Source: Eledone cirrhosa (taxonomy: Eukaryota). Taken from it: a DNA stretch of 64,000 nucleotides. A program made the translations under genes and the position numbers. The notes under the pieces were generated by a model. That model did no database searches, was not told the origin of the DNA, and saw only the letters and a program-made list of their open reading frames with translations. The stretch is taken from assembly GCA_964016885.1 (NCBI GenBank), contig OZ024745.1, forward strand, positions 52,824,001-52,888,000. Direction: 5' to 3'. Below are positions 50,767 to 64,000 of this stretch, in pieces (the stretch's first letter is position 1; each line of letters begins with the position of its first letter).

Positions 50767-53700
50767 ATGACCTCACTCAGAATAGGCAGCATAAATGCGC
50801 GTGGCTTGGGGTCGTCATGGAAGCAGGGCCACCTGCTCAACGACCTCAGGTCACTAAACATAGATGTAGTGGCCATCAGCGAGACCAGAATCTCCGAAGC
50901 ACGGGCCTTGGCACCGATCTTCGGTGGCTACGATGTGTACGCATCTCCCAGCCGTCCTGGATCGGGGGAGGAGTTGTATTTTTTCGGAGAGTTTTGGATC
51001 TCGCCATATTGACCATCTTCCTGGACCCAGAAGGTAAGTTGGTGGTGCTGGACGTGACCAGCGGAGACGCGCAAGCTTTCAGGCTAGTGGCCGTCTATGC
51101 CCCGACAGGAGCAGGGCGGCCTGATTTCTTCCGGCGTCTGGAGACCTTTCTTAGAACGTTCCGCTCTTTAGTGTTAGTGGGCGATTGGAACGGGATCTTA
51201 GATGCACGCTGGGATTGTGTGGGATTAGCGGATAGGGGAGGAGGGTGCAAGAGCCTCACCGACCTGCTCATGCGTTTTTAACTGTCTGACAGGTACCGAT
51301 TGGATTTCCCGAATGTGCCAATATGGACTTGGAAAAATCCCATAGGGTCATCCAGATCATATATAGATAGAGTATTTTGTAGGGAAATAGATAGGTCTAG
51401 CATAGGCTGTCAACAATTCAATATAGTCAGCTACACGGACCACAAATTCGTGATCTGTGTGCTTGACTTAGATAGGCTTCATAGACGAGAACCCGGCTAA
51501 ACGCGTCCTTACCAGCGCGCAAGACCTACAGAGACCGGATTAGCGAACTAGTTAAGCGGGCGTTGACGGGGGCCATCATCAACAACAAGTGGTGGTTTGC
51601 TCAGAAAAGAGCGATTAGAATAGAGTCCATTAGGTTTAGTAAGGCTTTAGCAATGGAGAAAAATAGAGCAGAGGGAGAACTAGTAAGAAAAATAGACGAG
51701 GCGCTTAGCAAAGGCTTCGCGACCGACGTACTTGCGGTGAAATTGGCCCTTGACCATTTCTTCAATGCAAAGCACGAAGGCTGCGTAGTCAGAGCTAGGG
51801 TGCGCGCTCTCAGACACGAGGGGATGAGAGCTCTTCAATGAGCCCGAGTGGTGGAGGCGCGTCGTGGCAGCAAAGCCACGATCCGGTCTTTGGTGGATCA
51901 CCACGGGCGCATGCTACTCGATCCCGTGCAAATGTGTGAAGATTTTCAGCGACACTTCGCAGAGCTGTTCGGGGCAGCGGCGGGCCAGATCGAGGGATGG
52001 ACTTTAGTGTCTACCTCGACGGACTGCCGCGGCTCTCGGCCACTGAGGCGGAGTGTTGCGAAAAGCCGATAACAGCCGCTGAAGTACGGGAGGAAATGAC
52101 TGGCTGCACAAGGGGTAAATCGCCTGGTTTGGCTGATCTGCCCTATGAACTTTACGTACAGATGCCAGACTTGTTCTGAGGCCTCTTGGCGGACGCCTAC
52201 TGCAACTGGTGACAGAACGGGAGAATTCCCAGCTCTGTGAGCCGAGGATCTGTGACGCTGCTGAGAAAGGATCCGAAACAAGGGGGATAACAGATAATTG
52301 CAGGCCCATAACTCTGCTAAACACAGAGTTCAATATTTTGGTCAAGGTGCTAGCAAAGAGGTTGGCGCTTGTCGTTGGTGGTCTGGAGGGTGCGGCGCAG
52401 ACATGCGCATTCTCGACAGATCCATCCACGACAACCTCCACCTCATGCGATACATCGTAGAGAGGGTAGCTAGGGAACCTGGTACGGGGGGGGGGGGCTT
52501 GATCAATTTAGATTAGTCGAAAGCTTTCGATAGGGTCGACCATCGTTACCTAGCGGCAGTCCTGAGGGCGGCTGGCTTTGGGCCCGTCTTCAGAGGCTGG
52601 ATCGCTGCCATGCACAGCGGCATCTGCTCTGTGGTGAGAGTGAACGGTCACCTTTCGGAACCGTTCAATATCATGCGCTCGGTGCGCCAAGGATGTCCCC
52701 TCTCGTCCCTCTTGTACGTATTGACTCTCGAGCCATTGCTGCACAAACTGGAGACGTTGAGGTGGGTCCCGTGCGAACTAGGATGCGGAAGATCCAAGTC
52801 AGCATGTGCGGACGATGTCACCGTAGTGGTGTCGAACGCCAAATATCGAGGTGATCGGCACTACACTAAGAGAATACGAAGCGGTGACAGGAGCAATGAT
52901 CAACCAGGCAGGTAAGCCCTCCAAAAGCGTCGCCGGGCGCTGGACGACGGACCAGTTAAATTGCTAGGGGTCTGGTTCGGTCAGGACCTCCAGACTGACA
53001 AAAACTGGGACGAGGGGACGAGCAGGGTGGCTTCTCTCAGCCAGAAATGGGCGAAGAAGAAGCTATCCCTGAAAGGTCGAGCGGAGGTGACTACCCCGTA
53101 CATCGCGTCCGTCATCTACTACAGCCTGGCCGTCGTACCTTGTCCTAAACCCCGTCTGACTGCGCTGGAGCGTTTGCTATTTCGCTTTTTGTGGAAGGGA
53201 CACGCTCCGAAGGTCAGGCGGTCCATCTGCTGTCAACACCCGCTAAGTGGAGGGCTGGGCATGGCGTGGCTCATGATGCGCAGACACGCGCTCAGGCTAC
53301 GACATCTCCATCTCTTCCTCGACGGTGATCAGGTGTGGTCGCCGTTTGCTAGACACGTCTTTCCCCAGCTCGTCTCCTTGACGGAGCTGCAGTCCTCGGT
53401 CAAGCGAAGACCGAGAGGGAGCGCTTGGAGACTGGATTGTCTTCAGGCGCTCACAGCCCTCGACCAATCGGGCAATGTGATCGGTGGAAACTCCACCTTG
53501 GCGTTCTATAGAGGATTAGTGGAGAGGAAGAGCGACGACGTAGTTGGAGAAACTCTAGGCGTCGACGAAAATCAACTAGCCAATCTCTTCGGAAGGACTT
53601 TCGGGCCGGGGCTTATGGACAACTTCCAGAAATCCCTGGCCTGGCAGTGCTACCGAGGAGTTTTACTAGTTCGGGATAAACTATAGGCATGGAGGTGCCG

Positions 53701-54128
53701 TCAGCCGGGCATGTCCGAGATGCGTGCAGCGCGACGAAACCGTCCTGCACGCACTCGTCCAGTGTCCGAGCATTGCTGACTTGTGGGTTTATGTCGAACA
53801 CCTGCTGTCACGTGTAGGACGGATCCAGCTATCAGCTGAGTCCATCGTGAGGATTGCCCCGCCCTCTTCCTCTAGCCGGGAAGGGCAGGCAGTTTTTGTC
53901 GGTCTGGTGGCCATGGCGAAAGAGATAGTATGGTGGACACGTTTGAAAGGGCTGAAGACGAGCACTTACCTCTTCGGTGATGCCCTGATTAACTTTTTCA
54001 AATTTCATTTGAAAAGGAAAATCAAGGTAGAGAGGGAAGTGCTCTCTTCCCAGCATTTTGTTGAAAGATGGGTGAGAGAAGCAAGTATGGCCCGAGTGAA
54101 TGGGCCTACTCCGAATATGTGTCTGTAA
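50767..54128 (+). pseudogene. Tx1 ORF2 (APE + RT), frameshifted
   Basis: IGSINARGL, ISET, VYAP, GDWNG, YIDRVF, YTDH, RPITLLN, RQGCPLS, CADD, CPRCVQRDETVLHALVQC. Confidence 0.9.
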
Positions 54129-54372
54129 ATTAAAGGTGGAAAACTGGGAGAGGGCACTTGCCCTGGTGGTCAGAGTCACTGTGGCCTTTTAATGGGCTTT
54201 CTCCACAAATGTCTCTCGGAAGTCTCCCCACTATTGGGGAATTTTTCATTGTTATTTTTTATTACATCCTCTGTTTTTTTACACGCAGAAATGCCCATTT
54301 GTACCGTCCTGTATTGTCCTGTACTGTCCTTAATGTCAACTTTATGTAAACCCTTGTGGTTAATAAAGAAAG

Positions 54373-54409
<37 letters not shown>

Positions 54410-54411
<2 letters not shown>

Positions 54412-55330
54412 GCATTTATCTTGCTTTATGTTCATACGAGTTATTACCAAGTCACAACCAGTGACCTCAAGAGACACCAAGGTCCGCCATGTTCAAGAAA
54501 GAACATACATACTGACACATGCATCTTTAGTGTCTAGACTTGTGATGTACTTATATTGACAGAAGCTTCCTTAGTATATGGGCAGTTCCCATTAGTACTA
54601 TCTTTTGTATTTCTCCTATACGCGGGTTTCCTGGGTTTTGCGATAAGTAATCATTAGACCCCTCAGGTATCATTCTTAGAGCGCCTACAACCACTGGTAT
54701 TGTTTTAGTTCTCAATTTCCACATTTTTCCAATTTCTATCTCCAGGTCCTTATACTTGCTCAATTTTTCAAATGTTTTTATAGATACATTCTTGTCTATT
54801 GGAACGGACATATCAATTAGCAGGCATACCCTCTTTTTAAAGTCCTTCAATATTATATCAGGTCTATTTGCATCTATTTTTCGGTCTGTTTGGATGCTAA
54901 AGTTCCACAAGATTGAGATGTGATCTTTTTCAAGTATGGAGGTGGTTGATGCTCCCACCAATTCTTTTGATGGGCAGGTCAAAATGCTTACACATTATCC
55001 AATGCATGTATTGTGCAGCTCTGTCATGCCTGTTTAGGTATTCGGTTGGAGCTATAGGACTGCACATTGAAATTATATGGTCAATGGTCTCTGGTTGTTT
55101 TTTACATACACGGCATAATGGGCTGCATCCATTTTTTATTATGTTGGCTTGGTAATTTTTTGTTGGCAGACACTGATCTTGTGCTGATATAATCAGTCAT
55201 TCAGTCTCCGATTGCAGTCCAGAGGATGCCAACCACTGATGGGTTAAAGTTTTGTCAACATCAGGATTGTTAGCTCGTTCTGGGTATTTTCCATACAGAG
55301 GCTTTTGTTGCCATTTCTTAGCCAGTTTCT
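54410..55330 (-). mobile_element. Second R4/Dong-type LINE 3' fragment
   Basis: CRVCKKQPETIDHII, ILWNFSIQTDRKIDANRPDIIL...LIDMSVP...KLSKYKDL...IPVVVGAL; (TAA)n at both ends. Confidence 0.9.
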
Positions 55331-55351
55331 ATTATTATTATTATTATTATT

Positions 55352-55533
55352 GTGGATTGGCAGTATCGGTAGAGGGTCGGACGCCATGCTTTGACGCATA
55401 GAGTTACGGCCCTTGCTATTCTGAGTTCAAATCCCGCCGAGGTTAACTTTGCCTTTCATCCTTACGGGGTCGATAAAATAAAGTGCCAGTAATACACTGG
55501 GTAATTGCTGGCCTTGTGCCTAACGTAGAAACA

Positions 55534-55535
<2 letters not shown>
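55352..55535 (+). mobile_element. Full-length tRNA-derived SINE with (ATT)n tail
   Basis: GTGGATTGGCAGTATCGGTAGAGGG (A-box region), GAGTTCAAATCC (B-box), Meta-like core, GTAGAAACA(ATT)n. Confidence 0.9.
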
Positions 55536-55581
<46 letters not shown>

Positions 55582-55909
55582 GTTATTGTTGTTGTCGTTG
55601 TTGTTGTTGTTCTTATAATTACTATTATCTTTGCTGTTGAGTCTATCAAGACGTGTGTACATGTCACTCCATAAGCTTTGATAATTGTCATGTTTTTACT
55701 TAAGATTCATCGTTATATATTTGACATAAATTGTGAATAGGGTGCCATACATTGCTTTCCGAAAAGGAGACCTATAATATTTCGGCTTTTGACCAAAATA
55801 TTTAATTTTTATGTTATTTTGCATGCTTACTAGCGGTAACAATTGGAGGAAATATGCCATTCCGCTTTCCGACAGCGGTCAAGTGACTGCAACTCAAAGG
55901 TTACCAGTG

Positions 55910-56170
55910 CCGCCAACACTAATATCACCACTGTTACGACTACTATGACTACAGGCTACAAGGCCACTGTCACTACGAACAACAACACCAACAACAACGG
56001 CAACTGCAACAACCACAACAACAGCAACAAGAACAATTACGACCCCAACAGCAACTAGAGCAGAAGCAACAGAAATGGCAACAACAGTAAGATTAGCAGA
56101 AATAATGTCAACAATAGCAGAAGCACCAACATCAACGGTAATATTATCAACAGCAAATACACAGTGGCAG
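55910..56170. repeat. Degenerate (AAC/AGC)n trinucleotide tract
   Basis: Direct reading. Confidence 0.75.
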
Positions 56171-56289
56171 CATAAGCTGCGAAAACTGTGGAATTGTTTC
56201 AATTTTACATCACAGGAAGAGAGAAATTGTTCGCTCTGGTGGTAACTGCACTGAAGGGCTTAATACCAGACTTTCAAAATATATATATA

Positions 56290-56807
<518 letters not shown>

Positions 56808-56839
56808 GAAGTGGTTACACAACAGTTAGTTCACCATAC

Positions 56840-56877
56840 CGAGAACAATTGTTTCACCTTAGCGGATCCTCAGCTCG
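56840..56877 (-). ncRNA. Minimal hammerhead ribozyme
   Basis: Minus strand: CGAG-CTGAGGA-TCC-GCTAA-GGT-GAA-ACAATTGT-T^CTCG. Stem I is extended by CCAT/ATGG, and the 3' end runs into (TA)n about 30 nt later. Confidence 0.75.
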
Positions 56878-57620
56878 TAATGGACATGGTTATACGGAAA
56901 AAGAAGGACAACCGCACGAACACGCATGCGCAGAAACGATCACTTCCCACAGGCAATACTAAATTGCCTGCGAGAGGTGTAAGGGAGATAACTGCGAAAG
57001 TCCGAAAGTTTCTAGTTGATGAGAAAATTAGGATGTTGTTGTAATTTATATATATATAAAGCAACCCTCTGTTTAATAATACGCTCCGAGCAGCGATGTT
57101 TGTAGCGTTAGTATTTCTACCTAATGCAGTGGTTAAAAGGCTCAAGCGGCAACCACCTACCTTACAAAACTATTAATATATGTTTCAGAATAACATTATA
57201 TGATATACGTTCGGATAATAATAACAGAGAGATAATTGTTCTATCTTATAATACAGTTCACAATCTAAGCTACAAATACTAGGGATTTTAATGATATATA
57301 AAAGATTCATTGAATGCATTTTAGCTCTCTCATTCATAAATAAATATGATAGGATAAAAAAAAAATAAGTTCAACTCTTTTTTTATTATGGAGGTATGTG
57401 ATTCGTGTTGAATAGTTCTCATGGATGAATGATTACGCTTTATATAGATAGGAACTACACATCTTCCGATTTACTACTTCCTTTCTTTCGATGGGTCATC
57501 AATTCCTCAATATGACACTTTTACACCATTAAACATGTACATACTTTCTAGAAATATTCCACTTAAAGATTAATATTAATTTCTTTCAGGTTCAAAAATA
57601 CAGATATTTACGAGCCTCTC

Positions 57621-57727
57621 AAGAAGAAGAAGAAGAAGAAGAAGAAGAAGAAGAAGAAGAAGAAGAAGAAGAAGAAGAAGAAGAAGAAGAAGAAGAAGAA
57701 GAAGAAGAAGAAGAAGAAGAAGAAGAA
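57621..57727. repeat. (GAA)n microsatellite
   Basis: Direct reading. Confidence 0.97.
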
Positions 57728-57982
57728 TGAGACAAATTGTTGAATCGAATCAATCAGATCTTCTAGTCACATAGTACATCTGTATACTTGTATACATTTC
57801 GTTATCCCTGTGTAAATTGTAATTACGAAAGAATGAACACTTTACACGAAGCTGAACCTGAACAATAAAACCCTCAATGTGGAACCTCCTTTTGTCCTTC
57901 ATATATAATCTCTGCTATATCATAGAATGCTGATATTGCACCTTCCTCAGTAAACCATAAATTTATTGAATCAACTATCTCC

Positions 57983-58024
<42 letters not shown>

Positions 58025-58030
<6 letters not shown>

Positions 58031-59368
58031 ATACTTGGGGAGGGTCATATTTGTGTAATATTGCCAGAATTAATAACAGAACACGCTCACTGTTTGGTTG
58101 GTTTTCGCTTCTGCGTCTTTTATATCGGTTAATTTAATTTATTCGGTCCTGAATGTTGCCATTGACTGAACAACGGTCAAAAATACAGATACGATATAGA
58201 CACAAACACATATATATAGTCTATCAAAGTTCTTTCGTTGCACATCTGCAACATCGTCAGTGTTGCTATTATGTTCCCTCCCGTTGCATTGTATATTTAC
58301 GCCATCGTTATTTAGTCTGTTTATTTATTTATTTATTTGTTTATTTGTTGTCTTCTCTGCGCATGCGTTTGCGTATAGTGTTTTGTTTGATGTGTGTTCT
58401 TGTTTGGGTGACTGTGTATTGGCTAATGTATTCTATCTTAGTTTACTAGTGTGTGTTTATATGTGTTTGTTGTTATTATGCTTGTGTATGTATTTATCTA
58501 TTTATTTATTTATCTATCTATCTATTTATACTTCTCTTAGGTCAGTGTTGTTTGTTTGGGTGTTGTTGTTATTCCATTCATTTTTTCCGTTTAGCCTTGG
58601 CCTTCTAAGTTCTATTTCGCTGGCCTCTCTGATTTGCCTATCTGCTGGGTCATTTCTATGTTTAGATATTATTCTAACTTCTATGTTGTCTATGTTACCT
58701 TTGTATTGTTGTCTGGCATGTTCGTATAGTACTGAACCGTTTCTTCGTCCTTTTATTTCCCCCCATTGTTGGTCTATCCTTTCACCTATGCTACGAGCTG
58801 TCTCGCCTATGTATGTTGTCATGTTTCTGCAAGTACCCTCTGTACATCTTATGCTATAGACTACGTTTCTAGTCTTACAGTTTAACCGGGGGTTTACTTT
58901 ACATATGATACATTTCCTATTAGTACAGTGGGTTTTCTTAATAGGGTAGGTTTTGCTGATCAGGGATTTTATGGTGGTGCCTGGCTTTTCTACAACCTTA
59001 ACCTTTAAGTGGGTCTTTCTCAGGGCCTTTCTACACTGGTTAGCTAAGTTACCTCTAGGGGTAGCGTCCGCAAACATGACACTCTGGTATCTCTGGTTGT
59101 CATACCATGAGGTGGCTTTCCTATCTTATGTCTAGTCCTATCTAAGCTATTCCATGATTTGCTCCTGTATAATGGCCAAATTCCTTTCATGTCCAGTTCT
59201 ATGAGGGTCTTATACTTCTCCGTGGCTCCTTCCTATACTCTGATTCCGTCTCTTTGGTGGTAGCCAGAGAATTGCATGCGGTTGATGAAGTGTTGGATGT
59301 CTCTTTCCATTTATGTTGGGTCGCACATGCGGAACACGTTCTTCATCACTCGTACCAAGTCTGCGATC
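58025..59368 (-). mobile_element. 5'-truncated diverged copy of the 29-33-kb PLE
   Basis: ORF 58526-59077 is nearly the same as the C-terminus of the 1079-aa protein. Same pLTR with HHR (CTGACGA-T-GTTGCAGATGTGCAAC-GAAA at 58224-58263) and the same 3' end at (TA)n. Confidence 0.95.
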
Positions 59369-60732
59369 GTTAATTACCTCTATGTTACCCTCAATTTGTC
59401 GAATGGCTTGCACTACCCGTATAGAAAGCCGAATAATACGCTTAATTACATAAGTAAGCATCCCTCACTATCCTGCCAGTATAACCAAGAACCTGGTAAG
59501 AAACGTGTCTTTGAGGCTTTCCCGTCTATCTACAAACGAGGATATTTTCAACGACCATTCCACATATTACAATGAAGCTCTTGCTCGGAGTGGATTTATC
59601 CATAAGGTAGCATATACAGTGTACGAGAATAGACCTAGAGAAGATAGAACCTGACGCATTATATGGTATAACCCACCATATAATATGGAGGTGGCCACAC
59701 CATTACCTAAGATCTTTCTCTCCCTTATTATGAAGCATTTCCTCCCAGCACATAAATATAGTAACATTTTTAATAGAAATACCATTAAAATTTCTTACTC
59801 TACGACTCCTAACCTTGCACATAACATCACGGCTTCAAATTTAGCTAAAATACCTAGCCGTGGGAACACGTGCAATCCTGTAGCTAGTACTAACTGTAAT
59901 TGTAGGAATCGGGTTGACTTCCCCCTATCCTGGAAATGACTCTCTAGTAGCATTGTCTACAAATGTAAGGTTGAAACACCCATGTCCCGTAGAGCCTACA
60001 TAGGGGTAACCGCCAATAGATTCTAGCAGCGTCTTTACATGCATACCCATTCTTTTCTTAACCCTTAAAGAAGGAATATGACGTCACTATATCTGGAGTC
60101 TAAAAGACGACCACACCCAATATAAGTTACACTGGGAGATCTTAGCTAGGGATAGATCGTATAACGGAAATAAAAGACCATGTGACGTCTGCGCCGTTGA
60201 GGCCCTGGAAATACTCTACGCCAAAAACCACATCTTAAACAAAAACTCTGAGGCGATTTCGGCTTGTCAACATAAATTGCACAAAACTTCCCTGTATTAC
60301 AGCCCAACATTATACCCTAACGTATAGTACGAACTATACGCGGATATTTTACGTCACGATGTGGTAGCTAAGTATATGTTATGTTTATATCATTACTTAT
60401 TTGTATAGGTAAGTATATATTACCTGTATGTTTTGTGAAGGTACGTATACTTTCTCGTACGTATATTTGCTTGTATATATTATAGCGTATATATTATATA
60501 TACTGTTACATGTGCATTTGGTTATGTGTATACGTGAGTTTTGCGTCTGTGTGAGTATGCGGGTTTGTACGTATGTAGGGTGTGTGTATATGGGTACTTT
60601 GTGTTTTGGTTGACGTACGTCTGCGAACATATGTGTATTTACATGTAGGTATGTGTGTGCGCGCGTTATATACGTATTTATGTGTGTATATTTATATACG
60701 TTTATTTAATTATGTATACACGCACACACACG

Positions 60733-60768
<36 letters not shown>

Positions 60769-61729
60769 TATACTTGTATGTGTATTTGGTGTATACGTTG
60801 GTATGTGTGCGGGTACAGGCGTAGCGTCGGTCCTGTATGTGCGTGCGTGTTTTTTTGTATACGTGCTTGTATTTTCATACCCATGGCGAGTGTTTTCGCG
60901 TATGCTTGTGTATGCACCTATATGGATGCGTGTATGTATATATTTAATTTCAATTACCTCTGTATTTTATTTACTTTATTCTTAACTCTGAAGCCGAGAA
61001 TCATTCGGTTTCCTAAATATAATTGTAGCCTAAGACTTCAGTTATACCATTTACGTTCTTTTGTCTTTGCGTGTAATTGTTCTCACCGCTCCACACCATG
61101 ACGTATTATCTTCATTTTTTCGTTATTTGCCAGAGAACGTCTCCATGAACCACTTACTAGAATATTAGTCTACGACTTCATTTATACCACCACCGTGGTT
61201 TTGTCTTTGCGTGTAATTGTTTTCAACGCACCAAATAATTATTTCTACGTTAGGTACAAGGCCAGCAATTACTCAGTGCATTACTGCTACTTTATTTTAT
61301 AGACACGATAAGGATGAAAGGCAAAGTAAACTTAGGCGGGATTTGAACTCAGAATGGCAAGGGCCGTAACTCTATACGTCAAAGCATGGCGTCCGAACCT
61401 CTACCAATACTGCCAATCCACCGCACCAAATAATGACGTATTATCTTCGTTTTTTTCGTTTTTTGCCAGGGAACGTTTCCACGAACCAAAGTATCGTCTT
61501 CCTATCTTCCTTCGGTTGCAACGCTTTTTTGAAATATTTACTTCTGCGTTCACAGATTGACTTTTTTAGTTTCAGAAAATCCCGTTAACGGTGAAAGCAT
61601 CGATTCTTTGGTTAAACTTTAATCTCTTATTTTAATAAATACTTCCTCTACGGTTCTTATATATTTGATATATATTTATCCTTATCGAGCCCTCTTTGGA
61701 TTTTAGTCTTCAAATTTATTATTATTACT

Positions 61730-61730
<1 letters not shown>
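59369..61730 (+). mobile_element. Third PLE family (degraded RT thumb + GIY-YIG, long 3' region, pLTR)
   Basis: VNYLYVTLNLSNGLHYPYRKPNN, YNEALARSGF, IIWYNPPY, KHFLPAHKYSNIFNRNTIKISYS, CNC, IVYKCKV...YIGVT, CDVC..E, LNKNSE...CQH. Inclusion of 60330-61730 is inferred from the terminal pLTR/HHR-like motif at ~61570-61605. Confidence 0.8.
61240..61421 (-). mobile_element. SINE with 13-bp TSD
   Basis: CGCACCAAATAAT at 61227-61239 and 61422-61434; it interrupts the second unit of a ~140-bp tandem duplication. Confidence 0.88.
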
Positions 61731-62132
<402 letters not shown>

Positions 62133-63527
62133 AGGAAGAATGATATATTAGAGGGATTGTATAAAGTAAAGTATAGAGAAAACTATGAGCTTTTAGTAAT
62201 GCGCAAGGGGTTGTATCACTTGTACTCTACAATCATGTGCTCTACAATCACTATACCTTGAATACATTGGGATTAATAAATATAGTTTAATACTTCGTGG
62301 TAATTTGTATATCATCCTTTGAAAATGTTATTTGATCCCAAGAAATTCTCCGCTTAAACACGTATAATTTGGACATAGATACAAAAATTTACAGCTTCTA
62401 TGCATACACTAAAGACAGTAAGATTAATGTATGGTATTGATTTGTGCATTTCATTTTGTGTATCTAATGATAATTGATACTGTTGATTTTGTGTTCCACT
62501 AATCCTTATACCCCATCTGGATGTCTCCTTAACAATCAACAGTTTCTCACAGTCTTAAAATGTTTAAATGTGTGATCAGCTTTACTGTGTGGTTGAACGG
62601 TTCATAAACATTTGGATATATGTGCATTAATACACCTTTCTCCCTGCTACTAATTGATAACTAGTTACAACTGAAGGTTTAGTAAGATGAAATGCATATA
62701 GATTGTAACATTATGTCATCCGTTTTCCATCTATACCCAGTAAGGTATGCATTCCAAACGTAAATGTCAGAATGTATGTCAATTTGGGCTCTACTTTGCT
62801 GCCATTGTCACTGGCTTTCTATCTAAATATCAATTCTTCTATGCTTCTCAATTATATACATCTAATATCATTGGATTTATGACCAAGTCAACTATATATT
62901 TCTTTAAATATTGGATTATTTCTGACTACGCAGGTTATAGAATCCGTATGCTGATCTCTATTTGTTCTTGGTGTCATTAGCAATGTTAATTGGGAAACGA
63001 ATTTGATTGCAACTGATATCCACTATCTAGCATTCATTACTCATCATAATATTGATTTAACATACAAATGATTACGCTATACCCTGCTATATATACCAGT
63101 CAAATTTCCTTCAAATCACCTTCTACCCACTTAAAACGTCTGTATACTAATATAGATCTCATGCCAATATTTCTGATAACACTCAGAATGTTCTATAATT
63201 GTAATTATTTGCAACAGAGATCTGCCCACAGAAAGTTTAACTGCAGCTAAGCAACAGCTGTAAAAGAAAATTTTAAATTAAAACTGAAAATTTCGTCGGA
63301 ATTAATCTCGCAAACCTAAATGCATTACTCCCTACTTCTAATGCAAATGTAGGTGCTGTAATAAACTATGTAAATTCTTATATCACTATATTTTTAACTT
63401 TATGAAATAATTTCTGATTATGAATACGCATTCTGGCTGAGACGTAAATACATAAATAAGAATATAGTTTTTGTCACTGAGAGTAGAAATCATTTAATAT
63501 TATTGATATTTGCTGTGTGTGCAAGAT

Positions 63528-63720
63528 AATGGATTGGCAGAATCAGTAGGGCGACAGACAACAAGCTTTGCCACATAGAGTTACATTCCTGTACGTTCTG
63601 ATTTCAAATCCAACCGAGGTTAGCTTTGCTTTTTATTCTTACGGGTGTCGATAAAATATTTACCAGAAACACACTGGTGTCGATTTAATCTATTCCCCTC
63701 CGAAATTATTAGCGTTGTAT
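63528..63720 (+). mobile_element. Diverged tRNA-derived SINE
   Basis: GGATTGGCAGAATCAGTAG...TTCAAATCCAACCGAGGTTAGCTTTGC...GTCGATAAAATA. Confidence 0.75.
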
Positions 63721-64000
63721 AAACCAAAATTTGGTGTATGTTTTACGATTGTAGATACGGAATTTTGTTCTATATACATCTAAGCAAGATATTTCAATAT
63801 ATTCTACTTCTGCCAAATAATCGTTCTCTGAAGAATTTGACACAACGCACATATAATTCTATATCCATTCAAAGCTCTAAATTTGGAAAATATTGTTTCT
63901 ATTACATATCAAATTTTACTTTGCAATAAGAATCATTGCTGCCAAGATCATCACAACATTACAGCCAACCATTGTAAAACGTTTGATACAATAGATGCAA

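Larger units (their letters stand above)
48608..54373 (+). mobile_element. Near full-length decayed L1-Tx1 LINE (copy 2) within (ATT)n
   Basis: Starts directly after (ATT)n and ends CCCTTGTGGTTAATAAAGAAAGC-(ATT)n. ORF1 and ORF2 are homologous to copy 1. Confidence 0.9.

Noticed and set aside
62280-63260. GIDGK on the minus strand suggesting PIF/Harbinger
   Set aside because: Single short motif without the expected flanking motifs.

Overview
AT-rich, microsatellite-saturated metazoan intronic/intergenic DNA. The tRNA-derived SINE family and repeat landscape suggest an octopod cephalopod (inference). No host protein-coding gene is securely identifiable. The many YI/CV/HT-repeat ORFs are translations of (TA)n/(CA)n tracts. 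The window is mostly retroelements: one near-intact Penelope-like element (PLE; RT plus GIY-YIG with a 162-aa Asn-rich insert), three PLE fragments, two decayed L1-Tx1 LINEs, two R4/Dong-type LINE fragments, two RTE LINEs, a decayed maT/Tc1-mariner transposon and about ten SINEs. The main hidden layer is about a dozen hammerhead ribozyme (HHR) motifs from several unrelated repeat families. They include U3-A8 compensatory cores, a pseudoknotted HHR and a branched stem-II HHR. Nearly all lie in elements whose 3' ends run into (TA)n tracts, and many form inverted head-to-head insertions, one of which fuses two different PLE families. All RNA folds were derived by eye and need computational and biochemical confirmation.
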